The translations under genes and the position numbers were made by a program. From positions 137,890,001 through 137,954,000 of the forward strand of contig NC_058368.1 in the NCBI RefSeq assembly GCF_018350175.1: a stretch of DNA of 64,000 bases, written 5' to 3'. Of this stretch, positions 38,071 through 51,880 are shown in pieces (the stretch's first letter is position 1; each line of letters starts with the position of its first letter). Origin of the DNA: Felis catus (taxonomy: Eukaryota). The notes under the pieces are model-generated. The model made no database searches. It saw only the letters and a list, made by a program, of their open reading frames with translations, and was not told the DNA's origin.

Positions 38071-39960
38071 AACTGGGACAGAAGATTAATCTGCAGCTCT
38101 TGCAACTGGGCATTTCATTACTGCAGCTGAGACTTAAAGGGAGGAGGAGCTTGGGGTTAATGTGGGGGAAACGGGCTGGATGCTGCCAAGACTAACATTA
38201 GGGATGGGTGGGGGCTGAGAACAGCTGTGGGGGAGTGTTCTTCCTTACCTCAGCATGGACCAGCTGGAGGGAATGAAAAGACAGAGGAGGTGGGGATCTG
38301 GGCCAAGGAAGGGGAAGGAGAAATATTAAGTCAAGCAATTGGGAGAGAATTACTATAGCAAATTCTAGGGTCAGAGGAGGGAAGGTTTGGCCTCTCATGC
38401 ATGTGTGTGTTGATGGGGGCGGGGGGGGGGGGAGGGGGGGTGGTGGCAGTTAAGTGACCTAGGTAACTGAGCAAAGTCAGGCTTGTAAGCCACTGCAAAG
38501 CCTGCTTCTGCAAGTAATGTGTATACCATCTGTCTATCTGTGCCAGGGGAAGCACTAATAAATGTTACATGTTGAAACTTTTGCATAGCTTGTACATAAA
38601 AATTCCATATGCCAATTGACTGGACTACATGAACACATCTGTCAAAAACAGGTCTCTTAGGCACAATTTAGGACATTCCAAAGCAGCTTTATAACTGTTT
38701 CAACCTCCAAATGGTATGAATTAACTCTCATAAGCCAGGTCCATTCTCTGAGTGGAGAACTGGGCTAAACGTCCAAATAATTCAAGTCAGAAACACTCTT
38801 TTGCCTTCATTATAGAGAGTATCAGTAGCAAGGTCTTTTTTCCCCCCGAATTATACTGTTGATTGACTCAGTGTTTGATGTCACATTGTTAACATATGTT
38901 AACATGGCCAGAATGATAAAATACTTTACGTATAATGGGCTTCAAAAGGACGCTGTTTTTAACTTCTACAAGATTGCTACTCCACTAACATCTACAATTT
39001 CCAACGCACACTGACACCAGTAGGTGATTAGATCTCAGGTGCCAAGGAGATTTATTTTGAAAAAGCCATTATACAGGAATTCCTGAGATGACCCTTTTAC
39101 ATCTGTTCTCTCCCTGCAACAGGAGACACACAGCCTCTTGGGGACAAAGCTTAGCTGTGAACTTCATGTGCTCAGTCTCAGCACTCATATTAACTCTAGG
39201 AACTGGAAACTTTTCTTCTTTTTACCTCATAGGGACTTTTGTTTCTGTTCTTACTTTTATGAAAGTATCTTCAGAAAAGCAAGTGTAAGTAATGAATGAA
39301 TGGATGGGATGGATGAATGAACTGGAAAACAGAATCAGGATCTTCAAATGTCTCAACATGAAGGAACAAGTGGAAGACCCCAAGAGGACATGTAATAGGT
39401 GCGAATGAAAATCACACGTAAGTCTCAGAAAACTAGAACTGGATGGAGGAAGAACTCAACCTACCAACAGAACCTGTGAAGAAAGGCTTAGGGATTTCCG
39501 TTTATTACTCAATAGGTATCAGCAAGCTAGTCAGGCTGCCCTGGTGACTCTGCTAATAGGCGAACACCATCCAAAACAGGCGAAGAGATCGCCTTCCTCA
39601 ATTTGGGCTCAGATACCATGTTCAGATAGACACCTAAGTTTAACAACAAATTGGAGTGGATCCAAATAGGGCAACCAGACAAGACGTAGGGCCTGCCCCT
39701 AAAGAATGTGTGTGCAATAGGGGAACTGAGTCAAATGAATGGCAGTTCAAGGAACCTGTGGTTATGTTTAGCCTCAGAAAGGAAAAGCTTAGAGAAACTA
39801 GTCAGTATAGAAGGAATAAAATTTCAGTTATCAAATATTTGAGGATCTGTTATAAAAGAGATCAAGTCCGTTTGGTATGGAAACATCGGAGCCAATTAGT
39901 AAACTTCACTGGAAGATAGAGTTCACCTCAACGTGAGGGGGAGGAAGTTGCTTTTCTAAA

Positions 39961-40171
39961 TTTTTTTTTTTAATGTTTTATTTATTTTTGAGACAGAGAG
40001 AAAGCATGAACGGGGGAGGGTCAGAGAGAGAGGGAGACACAGAATCTGAAGCAGGCTCCAGGCTCTGAGCTGTCAGCACAGAGCCCGACGCGGGGCTCGA
40101 ACTCACAGACCGTGAGATCATGACCTGAGCCGAAGTCGGCCGCTTAACCGACTGAGCCACCCAGGTGCCCC
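39961..40171 (-). mobile_element. Can-SINE
   Basis: CpG-rich near-consensus copy. Confidence 0.9.
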
Positions 40172-40759
40172 GAAAATTGCTTTTTAGGCTACATGTTAGC
40201 ATATCCACTCGCAGTGGGAGTGATAGCGCCCTCAAGAGATGTACTGTGCAAAGTATGGGATTACAAGGGTTTCAGGCCTTTCAAAGCTCCACCCTACTCA
40301 AGAAAAAAAATTTTTTTTGATTCTCAAAGGGTCTATTGGGGTTTCCTGGGTTAGGAAAATGAGGGGACTCTTTTTGCTCCACACAATGCAAGTTCTTCAG
40401 ACACCATCTCCCTTCTTCTCCCCTCCCTCTCTCTTTTTCTTTTCCTCCCTCCCTCCCTCCCGTTCCTCCCAGTAGTTCCAAGAATATCTTATTCCTTAGT
40501 ATATAATTTCTCTTGTTGAGCTTTATTGGGCATCAAGTGTACAACATAGGCATTAACTTGGAAGATACACAAATGGATGCCAGATCAGTACTACATGGTG
40601 AATAGGGGGCTGTAATTTGAAGACTTCCTCTCAACTGCTCAATCTCAAAGTCATATTGTGAGTGGTGGCCTGCTGTACTGTTGGCTGCCATTGGCTGCCT
40701 TGAGGATGTTGCTATGTTGGATGCTCAGTGCTAGTGTGTGACTTGAGCCTTGGGAAGCT

Positions 40760-40790
<31 letters not shown>

Positions 40791-40826
40791 GCTTGTATTT
40801 TTTTTTAAAAAAACAGCTTGTATTTT

Positions 40827-41045
40827 GGGGCGCTTGGGTGGCTCAGTGGGCTAAGCGTCCAACTTCAGCTCAGGTCATGATCTATCTCACAGTTCATGAG
40901 TTCGAGCCCCACATCAGGCACTCTGCTGACAGCTCGGAGCCAGGAGCCTGCTTCAGATTCTGTGTCTCGCTCTCTCCCTGCCCTTCCTCCACTCATGCTG
41001 TCTCACTCTCTCTCAAAAAGAAATAAACATTAAAAAAAAATTTTA
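40827..41045 (+). mobile_element. Can-SINE
   Basis: TSD gcttgtatttt. Confidence 0.88.
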
Positions 41046-41400
41046 ATGGCTTGTATTTTACTATTTAATCCTACAAAAGTTAGTCAATCATCATTCACTA
41101 TGCCAAGGGCTGAAAAAAAGTGTCAACAATATTTGAGTAAGCATCTAGCATCTAGTTAAAAGACATTTTCTCATATCAAGCAAAACTTAATACTTAGGAA
41201 ATTTAATTGTCTTCAATTGTTACTGTTTTGCTGAAAAAAAATAACCATTTTGAATGATTTCTTTTTAAATTGATTACATTGCTATTATTATATACTTCTA
41301 AAATTGCTAATATGTATATTGATTTGATACATTACAGTTTCTAAGTAAACTATATTAAAAGTTACTCAGCAAATATAGTTATAAAGTTAAATGCTAATGG

Positions 41401-41513
41401 CTTTTTCTTTTTTTAAGATTTTATTTTTAAATCTCTTCACCCAACGTAGGGCTCGAACTTACAACCCTGAGATCAAGAGTCACATGCTCTACCAACTGAG
41501 CCAGCCACGCGCC
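41401..41513 (-). mobile_element. Short older Can-SINE
   Basis: gggctcgaacttacaaccctgagatcaagagtc. Confidence 0.8.
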
Positions 41514-42839
41514 AGATTATCAATTTAACTAAAATTTTAACTTAAAATTTTATTTTGTTGTTCTTAACCCTGCATTAAATAGTCAGCTTTATACTTACTC
41601 TTCTTATATATAAAGCACAAATATGCATATAGTAAATAAGCATACAGTGTGTGGTGTTTAAAATCTCATGGGCAGGTGATTAGGCAAAAACATGTCTGAA
41701 AGGCTCTTTAGAGGAATAATTGTTTTTGAATAATTTTTTAAAAGTTGAGAAACTCTGAATTAAAGGCATCATAAGCTTTTTGGCATGAAAACATTTTGCT
41801 GTTGGTTTGCCAGGATGAATCTCAGCCAAAATTTGAAATTAGTTTATTCATCTTCTTTTCTTGTCCTCGTGTCCCCTTTCTTGCTTTTGTTCCACCCCAG
41901 GTTGTTGTCTATCTTCTAATGACAGAATCCCATTGCTTAGCTCCAGTGGTGGTAAATGACCCAGGCTTGTCCAGCAGTGGACATGGCACTTGAGTCAGGC
42001 CAATCACAGTTAATCCTGGGACTCTTGCTGGAACTGAGAAGAGATCCTTTTCTGTTAAGAGTGACATTTGCCAGGCTGTGAGCCTGGAACTGTGAAGTCT
42101 CTCTTTGGCATAACCTGTGCCAAGGCTACCAGAGAGTAAAACCAAAGGAGAGAGGCAGTATTCGGTGGTATCCCTGAAAACCTAGATCTAGCCAAGCCTG
42201 AAGCTATCATAGGAACCCCTGGAGTTCTTGATGTCTTTTGTGGCTTAAGCCAGATGGAGTTCTGTCTCTGTTACCAGCAACCAGAAGGGTTTTCACTTTG
42301 TAAAATCAACACTGCCCAGTTCATTAATTCCATGACTCTCTATCCAGGGTCCAGGAACCCCTCTTTGGTTTCTCATTCAAAGCTGCTTTTCCCATTTGGG
42401 GCCTTAACCCATCACCTCTCCCTACTCAAACTCCACTCTCAGGGAGACTGTTATAGTTCTTGCTGGTTATGATTTTGAATCTGAGACACTAATCTTATAG
42501 CAGTATTTTTAGTGCAACTTTTATTTTCTTGGTTAAATTATGAATTAGTGTTTATTTGAAGAAATGTGTTTTATTTCCTTTTTGTAATGTTTGCTCTATA
42601 TGTAAATATATATAAATTATGTGACATTCTATCATCAGCTCACCAGTCATTAAGTATGTACCATTAAGGTACTAGACACTGAAAGGCCATAAACATAAAT
42701 CTACATGAAATTCTACTCTGACCTCCCTGAAAAACGTCTATTGTTTATTTATGACAGATAAGCAGAAGGTGAAACTGATTTGGTAATTTTATTATAAAGC
42801 ATGTAAATACAAAAAAATTTTTTGTGCGCACAAGTTAGA

Positions 42840-42899
42840 GGGGGAGAGGGGGAGGGGGGGAGAGGGGGAGGGGGGAGCGAGAGCGAGAGCGAGAGCGAG

Positions 42900-42930
<31 letters not shown>

Positions 42931-43057
42931 ATCTTAAGCAGTCTCCATGCCCAGCATGGAGCCTGACTCGGAGCTTGTTCTCACCACCATGAAATCATGA
43001 CCTGAACTGAAAAAATCGAGAGTCAGACACATAACCAACTGAGCTACCCAGGCACCC
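42840..43057 (-). mobile_element. Can-SINE with expanded G/GA tract
   Basis: gagctacccaggcacccc reverse head; (GAGAGC)n(GA)n. Confidence 0.82.
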
Positions 43058-43649
43058 CAAATACAAATTTTTAAAAATTGAACTTTGGTATAGTAGCCAA
43101 TATATTTTGGAATTTGTAAGGTTCTAATTAGTATATTCACAAGCAACTAAAGCTGTTCAGTATTCCTCATGAGTATTCCATTTAATAGTCCTATCCTCAA
43201 AAATCTGAAATTTAGTGATCTTTTTATTTTCAACAACTCTGCTCCCAAAGGGTTTCCAAGGAAGGAAGGGAAATTTGGAAGCAACAAAAGATGGCTTCTT
43301 TATTCTGTGGGTGCACAATCAATTAACATTGTTCATCTTTCTGTGAACCCAAATCGTTGAACAGCAGACCAAATAGCCTGGAGTGTGTCATTTTATCAGC
43401 CTCAGTAACTGATAGCCAAAAATGGGATTATTTAAAGAGATTTAATTCACTAGGAAGATTTAAGTTGGGTTACATTACACTTGAGGACAACCAAATGGAT
43501 TCAAAAGGCATCTGAAAATACAGAACGGGGAATAAGGAGCCAGGATTTGTGATATAAATTCAAAAGTCAGCAGAAACTCAACTGTGGAGGCTCAGAAGGA
43601 GAAGGTCCTGTGGAAAGTCTAAGGACAAAGAAAGAAGGAGAGCCTAAAA

Positions 43650-44053
43650 AGATTTTTATTTTTTATTGTTTGATTGGTTTTTGAGAGAGAGAGAATGAAC
43701 GTGAGTGGGGGAGGGGCAGATCTCACAACCATGAGCTCAGGACCTGAGCTGAAATCAAGAGTCAGATACTTAACCTCCTGAGCCACCCAGGAGTCCCCCC
43801 GTAAAAAGATACTTGAAAAAATAAGGCAGGCCAGGGGCACCTGGGTGGCTCAGTCGGTTAAGTGTCTGACTTCGGCTCAGGTCATGATCTCGCAGTCTGT
43901 GGGTTCGAGCCCCGCGTCGGGCTCTGTGCTGACAGCTCAGAACCTGGAGCCTGTTTCAGATTCTGTGTCTCCCACTTTCTCTGACTCTCCCCTGTTTATG
44001 CGCTCTCTCTCTCTCTGTCTCAAAAATAAATAAATGTTAAAAAAAAAAATAAT
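43650..44053. mobile_element. Head-to-head Can-SINE pair (- 43650-43800, + 43834-44053)
   Basis: TSD aataaggcaggcca flanks the plus copy. Confidence 0.85.
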
Positions 44054-44446
44054 AAGGCAGGCCAGCATCAAGAAAAAAACAAAAAACCAACCAAGAGCAC
44101 AAGGCCATTTTGCCAGGGCCCATATCTTCACAGCTATTGAGAAGGTGAGAAAGAAAGGCTTATAATTGAGATTTTGCTCAATAGGCAACAGGGCAATCTT
44201 TGCTTAGGTTATATGTTACATGTTAAGTCATCTAGTGCATAGGACTTCATTTTGATCCTGGTTGACAGAAGACAGATGTCTGGCATCTGGTTCTATGACC
44301 CAGCGTGGTCACTGTTTAGAGCCCCTGGCATTCACTCTTGGCCCAATCTCTGTGGGAACCATGACTTGACAAGAGTTGTGCACCCAGATGTTGGGGGAGT
44401 GGGCAGTAATATGAAATATTTCACTCAAATTACATGGAAGAAGATT

Positions 44447-44570
44447 TTTTTTTAAATTTTTTTGAAGATTTTATTTTTAAGTAATCTCTATATCCAACAT
44501 GGGACTCAAACAACCCCAAGATCAAAAGTCACACGCTCTACCGGTCAACTGAGCCAGCAAAGCACCCCCC
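44447..44570 (-). mobile_element. Short older Can-SINE
   Basis: ttttatttttaagtaatctcta...caactgagccagc. Confidence 0.75.
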
Positions 44571-45354
44571 CCTTTTGTTTTGATTTTTAATGGTACATAT
44601 TTTTGGTACCTATTATCAGAGAGCAGTAATTTTGCTATACTCCAAATTTCTTATAAAAATTTTAGCGTGGAATATTACCTCTGTAACTAATAGTCTGTGG
44701 AAGTGTCATGTTTTATATTCTTAAACTAGCCATTTGGTTCATACCCAAGCTGCAGCTATCAGCTAAATGGGGCTGAAAGCTCCTAAAGTGATCAACCTCA
44801 CCCTCTTCAGAAGTCTCCATTGATTTAATGAATAGACAAGTCCATCAAGAACAGCTCTGGATTATTTTTAGCCAAACCTATTTGTGAATTCCCTCTACCT
44901 CTCTCCCCCTTACCAGCCTCTTCACTTCACTCTGGCATTATCTTTTGTGGCTTTTTCCAAGTCTAACTTTCTCTTGTTTAACATCTTCATGACACCTCCA
45001 CTCACTTTATAATAAAACTCAGGGTCCTTAGCACTGCCTCCAGGTTCCCTCATAATTGCTTTGTCTTTGTAGCCTTACCTCTTGCCACTGACCTCCATGT
45101 TAAACTTCAAAAATTCATTCATATACTTTCCTCACAATTTTTGGCATACTCAAGTAACAGATGAACTAGCTATTTAATATTTTTTATATAGATCAATTTT
45201 AATTATTCCAATAGATTATTTTAAAAGGAAACTTTATATTTCTACCAAAAAGTCAGTTAGCAAGTTAGCTTCAACTGCCATATAGCGAAGATAAGTGTTT
45301 AATTCTACCTAGATAATGCTGCCAGCTGAAGCTCTGAGATTAAGACAACTTTCC

Positions 45355-45553
45355 TTTTTTTTTTTTTTTTTTTAATGTACGTTTATTTTTGAGACAGAGA
45401 GAGAGATGGTGCAAACAGGGGAGGGGCAGAAAGACAGGGACAGAGGATCTGAAGTAAGCTCTGTGCTAACAGCAGAAAGCCTGACGTGGGGATTTCTGTC
45501 ATGAGCAGAAATCGAGGTGGCCCCTTAACTGACTAAGCCATCTAGGCGCCCCC
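45355..45553 (-). mobile_element. Can-SINE (degenerate)
   Basis: Poly-T tail, gactaagccatctaggcgcccc. Confidence 0.8.
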
Positions 45554-46418
45554 AAGGCTTTCTTTAAAAGGAAATTAGCAAATGTTACAAAGCTGTTACT
45601 TACTAGAGCCAGCCAAAAAGATGTTCTTCTTACGAAAGATGCAGAAAAGAATTGGTAGGAGATTTCTATCACTATGTAATGACTTATCCACCATGAACCA
45701 CCTAAATCACTAAAATCTGATTAGTGAGGGAAGTGTCCCATGGTTTGGGAAATAAGACTCTAGCTTGTCAAATTCCTTGTGGTTTGTGCCTCCTTACTCT
45801 TCTGTGCCCAAAATGCTCTCCTCTCACTCTTACTCAGTTGATTCCTCTAACCCTTCAGACCAACGAAATACTCCCTGATGTGCAATTCCAGGAGAAGTGT
45901 GATGCCCTTCCTTCTTGCTGCCTCAGCATCCCATCTGTTTCAGAGCACAAAACACCACACTGCAATTAACAGTTTGTCTCTTCCACTAAACTGAGAACTT
46001 TTTAGGGCAGGGCTGCTTCTGTCATCTCTGAGGACTCAGCACTACATGACCATTCCTAGCTGGTTCATGTTCGTTTATATATATGCACATAAATGAATAA
46101 ATAAAATGTATGAAGATCAATCAATCCATAGAAGCATACTAAGACAATAGTTCTCAAATTTCTGGGGCAACTTAATAAAAACACAGAAGCAGAAGCCCTG
46201 CCCCAGCCTCCTTCAGTGAGCATGGCCCTCTACCTCCATTTGTTTCTTTGAGCTCTCCCGGAAATTGTGACTCACAGTCAAGTTTGAGGACCTTTACAGG
46301 TAAGCAAACAGGTTCAAATCTATTTGTCCAAGGACTGCAGTCGAAATGAAACTGGAATAACTGACCATAGTTTGTGAAGATTTCCTATTCAGTCTTTTAA
46401 AAAAATTGGGGGTGGGGG

Positions 46419-46822
46419 AGGCACCTGGTAGCTCAGTCAGTTAAGCATCTGACTCTTGATTTCAGCTAGCTCATGATCCCATGGTTGGGAGATAGAGCCC
46501 CACATTGGGGTCTGCACTGAGGATGCAGCCTGCTTAAGATTCTCTCTCTTCCTCTCCCTCTGCCCCTCCCCCACTCACACTTTATCTCTCAAAAATAAAA
46601 ACTTTTTAAAATTTTATTATTTTTTTAAATTTTTTTTTCAACATTTATTTATTTTTGGGACAGAGAGAGACAGAGCATGAATGGGGGAGGGGCAGAGAGA
46701 GAAGGAGACACAGAATCGCAAACAGGCTCCAGGCTCTGAGCCTGGGGCTCGAACTCCCGGACCGCGAGATCGTGACCTGGCTGAACTCGGACACTTAACC
46801 GACTGCGCCACCCAGGCGCCCC
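46419..46822. mobile_element. Tail-to-tail Can-SINE pair (+ 46419-46600, - 46612-46822)
   Basis: TSD aaaactttttaaaa flanks the minus copy. Confidence 0.85.
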
Positions 46823-46844
46823 AAAACTTTTTAAAAATTTAAAG

Positions 46845-46950
46845 AAAATGTGGAGCCCTTCACAAATTCGCATGTTATCCTTGCAGAGGGGCCATGCTAC
46901 TCTTCTCTGTATTGTTCTAATTTTAGTGTAAGTACTGACGAAGTGAACGC
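46845..46950 (-). pseudogene. RNU6: Full-length degenerate U6 snRNA copy
   Basis: Reverse complement GCGTTCACTTCGTCAGTACTTACACTAAAATTAGAACAATACAGAGAAGAGTAGCATGGCCCCTCTGCAAGGATAACATGCGAATTTGTGAAGGGCTCCACATTTT aligns end to end with U6 (ACAGAGA box intact), with many substitutions. Confidence 0.92.
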
Positions 46951-47105
46951 TCAATTCAGTCTTGATAATGTATGTGAAAAGGCTATTTATAATGGAAATA
47001 TGAAGCCATGATTCTGTTTTAGTGCGTACAACCAGTATATAAAACCACCTACTCCTCATTTGTTTCCATCAACAGCGAAGAACAATATCCAAAAATTAGC
47101 CACAG

Positions 47106-47342
47106 GGGGAACCTGGCTAGCTCAGTCAGTTAAGAGTCCGACTTCGGTTCAAGTCATGATTTCATGGTTCATGAGTTCAAGCCCCACGTGGGGCTCTGTG
47201 CTGACAGCTAGGAGCCCGGAGCCTGGAGTCTGCTTCAGATTCTATGTCTCCCTCTCTCTCTGCCCCTACCCTGTTCACACTCTGTTTCTCTCTCTCTCAA
47301 AAATAAATATTAAAAAAAAATTTTTTAATAAAAAAATAAAAA
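47106..47342 (+). mobile_element. Can-SINE
   Basis: TSD-like aaaaattagcca / aaaattaacca. Confidence 0.85.
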
Positions 47343-47906
47343 TTAACCATGATACTCAAATTATAACCATGATTTGTGCTTTCGACACAGATTTAATGCA
47401 AATGTCATTCTCTTCATGTATTCAGCAGATCTGAGCTCAAAACAGACTGTATGCTCAGAGAAAATAAGGGAGGATAACATTGAAATTTTCAGTTCTGTAA
47501 AACTCAGGAGGGTGAAAAATATTACTACCACCTGATTAATATTTTATAGCAAAAAATATTTATTATTGGAACAGAACAGAGACTCCAGAAATAAACCTAC
47601 AATTATATGGTCAATTAATCTATGACAAAGGAGGTAAGAATATACAATGGGGAAGTGACAGTCTTTTCAATAAATGGTGCTGGCAATACTGGATAGCTAT
47701 AGTAAAAGAATTAAACTGGCCTACTTTCTAATAACATACCCAAAATCAAGCTCAAAATGGATTAAAGACCGCATCATGGGACTTAAAACCATAAAAATCC
47801 TAGAAGAAAACACAGGCAATAATTTCTCTGACATCAGACATATCAACATTTTCCTAGATATGTCTCTTGAAGCAAGAGCAACAAAAGCAAAAATAAACTA
47901 TTGGGA

Positions 47907-47908
<2 letters not shown>

Positions 47909-47949
<41 letters not shown>
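47909..47949. repeat. (AC)n microsatellite in L1
   Basis: Direct inspection. Confidence 0.95.
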
Positions 47950-47950
<1 letters not shown>

Positions 47951-48546
47951 CTTTTGCACTGCAAGGGAAGCCACCAATAAAACAAAAAGACACCCTATAC
48001 CAAATGAGAGAAGGTAATAGCAAATGACACATAAGAAGTTACTATCCAAACTTACATAAGTGAATATCAAAAAAAACCAAACAATCTGATTAAAAAAATG
48101 GGCAGAGGACCTGAATAGACATTTTCCCAAAGAAGATATACAGATGGCCAACAGACACATGAAACGATGCTCAACATCACTCATCATTAGGGGAATGCAA
48201 ATCAGAATCCCCAAAAAATATTATCTCATGCCTGTCTTGTCAAAAAGATGAAAAACAAGTGTTGGTGAGAACGTAGAGGAAATGGAACCCTTGTGCACTG
48301 TTGGTGAGAATACAAACTGGTGCAGGCAATGTGGAAAATAGTATGGCGGTTCCTCAGGAAATTAAAAATAGAAATACCCTATGATCCAATAATCCCACTA
48401 TTGGGTATTTACCCAGGGAAAACAAAAACACTAACTTGAAAAGATCTATGCACCCCTATGTTAACTGCAGCATAATTTACAATAGCCAAGACATGGATAT
48501 AACCTAAGTGTCCATCAATAGAAAAATGGGTAAGGAAAATGTGTGT

Positions 48547-48548
<2 letters not shown>

Positions 48549-48587
<39 letters not shown>
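48549..48587. repeat. (AC)n microsatellite in L1
   Basis: Direct inspection. Confidence 0.95.
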
Positions 48588-48589
<2 letters not shown>

Positions 48590-48870
48590 AATATTACACA
48601 GCCATAAAAAGGATGAAATTATGACATGGAAGGACCTAGGGCATGATGCTAAGTAAGACTGAGGAAGACAAATACCGTATGATTTCCTTCATAAATGGAA
48701 TCTTCAAAAAAATGAACAAAAAGCAGAATCAGAACTATAAATACAGAGAACAAAATGATGATTGCCAGAGGGGAGAGTGAGTGGAGGGAGGAGAGGTAGG
48801 CAGAATGGGTAGAGGGGAGAGGGAGATAGTTATAGAATGAGCAAGTCACAGGATTAAAAGGCACACCATA

Positions 48871-49100
48871 GGGGCGCCTGGGTGGCTCAGTTGGTTGGGC
48901 GGCTGACTTCGGCTCAGGTCATGATCTCACGGTCCGTGAGTTCAAGCCCCGCATCGGGCTCTGTGCTGACAGCTCAGAGCCTGGAGCCTGTTTCAGATTC
49001 TGTGTCTCCCTCTCTCTCTGACCCTCCCCCGTTCATGCTCTGTCTCTCTCTGTCTCAAAAATAAATAAACGTAAAAAAAAAAAAAAAAAAAAATTAAAAG
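48871..49100 (+). mobile_element. Can-SINE within L1
   Basis: TSD attaaaaggcacaccata. Confidence 0.92.
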
Positions 49101-49273
49101 GCACACCATAATGAATACACTCAATGATATTGTAATAGTGATGTAAAGGGACAGATGGTAGCTACACTTGTGGTGAACAGAGGGTAACATATAAACTTGT
49201 CAAATCACTAAGTTGTGCACCTGAAACTAATGTAACATTGTGTGTCAACTCTACCTGAATAAAAAAAACAATA

Positions 49274-49730
49274 AGGGGTGCCTGGGTGGCTCAGTCCGTT
49301 GAGCATCTGACTTCGGCTCAGGTCATGATCTTGCGGTTCGTGGGTTCGAGCCCCACATTGGGCTCACTGCTGTCAGCCTGTTAGTGAAAATCCCCCTTCC
49401 AATCCTCTGTCCCCCTCTCTCTGCCCCTCCCCCAAAGTAAATAAACACTTTTTTAAAATAACAATAAAATAACTGAAAAGGAAAACCTGAGATGCAAAAA
49501 TGTTGAGGAAGGGGCCCCTGGGTGGCTGGGTTAGTGAGCCTCCGACTTCAGCTCAGGTCATGATCTCACAGTTCGTGAGTTCGAGCCCTGTGTCAGGCAA
49601 TGTGCTGACAGTGCAGAGCCTGGAACCTGCTTTGGATTCTGTGTCTCTTTCTCTCTCTCTGCCCCTCCCACATCTGCCCTCTCTCTCTCTCTTTCTCAAA
49701 AATAAAGTTTTAAAAATCTTTTAAAAATTA
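49274..49730 (+). mobile_element. Two adjacent Can-SINEs (49274-49470, 49511-49730)
   Basis: Two heads and tails. Confidence 0.83.
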
Positions 49731-49829
49731 TGTAAGTAAAATAAATACATAAAATATTTGAAATAATAGTGGTGCTATATTCACAGTATAAGGTAGACTG
49801 GCACTCAGCATTTATTCAAATTTCTTTTA

Positions 49830-50360
49830 AGCTTACTTTCTGTACTATAAATGTTGAAAAGTTAAGAACTACATTTCCCAGATATCCTTGCAGTTAAGTG
49901 TTCTAGAAGTAAATGATTTCTGCCAATTAGGTACATGTAAGTAAGATCTGGAGTGTGGAAAACCAAAGCCTTCTTCCTGCTGCTTTGTTTTTTGGATGGC
50001 AAGCATGGTGGTGAATATAGGAGTTATTTCCTGCAGCAGCTTTCTAGAGCACAGTCATTGGCTTTGTGGGCATTGAGTATTACAGTATCTTCTTGATTCT
50101 TACATTGTAGCTATGGTAGTCCATCCTTAACACTGATAATTCTAGTCCTGGGGTCTTGATTCTCCATCCACCTGACCGGTAGGGGCAATAGCAACAGCTC
50201 CCTTAACAGTCTAGCTCTGCTATACTATCCTAGGACTCATTTCTGATGGCCTAGGCTAAAGTCCACTCTTCCAGCCTTTTAAATAATATTCTAAGCCCCA
50301 ATTCCCTATACTAAATCCCTATATACTTGAAATAGCCAGATCTATTTATTGCAACTGAGT
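49830..50360. mobile_element. Old ERVL-type LTR remnant (LTR16/LTR33-like)
   Basis: aagaactacatttcccagatatccttgcag...ttattgcaactga. Confidence 0.4.
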
Positions 50361-51431
50361 GCAGACTCATACAATTAGCAAAGATATAAAAGCATCCTAA
50401 TTAATCTATACAATCTCAATAAAATTTTAAAATAATTTAACAAAACCTAACGTGTATATGGAATAGAAGCCTGCAAATAGGTCAACTTCAAGAATGAAAA
50501 AAAGAGAGTCATCCTACCATATATTAAAAATACTGAATCTATCACCCAAATGCAAACAACGAAATAATTATTTCTGATTTTTTTCATTCTTTTACATCAG
50601 TGATAAATGATACAGGAATATACAAAATGAAACGTCCTCTAGGTTTAAAATATGGATAGTTTTATTAACCAAATGAAGTTACTAATTATATGTTCGTCTT
50701 TTAAGTTATTTTCTACCCTGACAACTTCTGTTTTGTCCATAAATAAATAAATAGTAATACATAAGCAGTATGACGTATCTGACAAACGAATAGTGGGTGT
50801 CCTGACAGTTAATGTAAAGGGTGTAGACTTCAGGACAGCCCTTCAGCCAAAAGAATGAAATACCCCTGGGGGTGTGTAATGACCCTGGCTGGCACTAGAC
50901 TGGAGCTTGGGAAAAGATCAAGTACTGAAACAAGAAGCTGAATCAGTTACAATTTGGTAGTCATGAAGTTATCCCATAGTTTACATTTTAAAGGGCTTAT
51001 TGATTTGGCTTCTGCAGATTGCTTTCTTTGAGCAAATAAAATCTTTTAAAAATTTTTCCCCAATAAATTGCAGAATATATCGTTAAAGGTGCTAAAACGT
51101 AACCTAAAATAGAAAGGGCAAAACCACTTTTTCTATTAAAAAGTTAAGCTCTGCTGGCATTCTCTACCAGAAACACTGCTTCAAACTGTTGAATGATTTA
51201 TTTACTTTTACTTCCTAAATTTGTCTTAACCCCACCCACTTCCAGGATATACCTTTAGAGTTTAATTATCCTCTGGCTCTCTGTGTCCTCTTCTCAAACC
51301 AAAGTTTAAACCACTTTAACCTGTAATACCTCTGCAGCTCCAAAATGATATGAAATGCACAGTGTCAATCTCCTACACCACCTTCCTTCTTCCTACCACT
51401 CCTTATTCTCTAAACCAAGAATACAAGTTCA

Positions 51432-51880
51432 GGGGCACCTGGGTGGCTCAGTCGGTTAAGAGTCTAACTTCAGGTCATGATCTTGAGGGTTCCTGAGTTT
51501 CCTTGCTCTCAAAATTAAACATTAAAAAAAAAAATACAAAAAACAAGTTCAGCCTCCCAAGAAAAGCAAAGAAGGATGTTGGATGTTGGCAAAGTGAACA
51601 AGTATTAAATTACAGTATTTCTTTAAAAAGGGTATCAAGGGGCACCTGGGTGGCTCAGTCGGTTGAGCGTCCGACTTTGGCTCAGGTCATGATCTCGCAG
51701 TCTGTGAGTTCGAGCCCCGCATTGGGCTCTGTGATGACAGCTCGGAGCCTGAAGCCTCCTTCAGATTCTTTGTCTCCCTCTCTCTCTGCCCCTCCCCTCT
51801 GCCACTCATGCTCTGTCTCTCTCTGTCTCAAAAATAAATAAAAACATTTAAAAAAATTTTTTTAAATAAAAAATAAAAAG
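51432..51880 (+). mobile_element. Internally deleted Can-SINE (51432-51545) and full Can-SINE (51639-51880)
   Basis: TSD-like acaagttca and aaaag.gtatcaa. Confidence 0.85.

Larger units (their letters stand above)
47565..49270 (+). mobile_element. LINE-1 ORF2 end/3' UTR (carnivore type), with SINE insertion
   Basis: aaatgggcagaggacctgaatagacattttcccaaagaagatatacagatggccaacagacacatgaaa; cacctgaaactaatgtaacattgtgtgtcaac. Confidence 0.88.
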
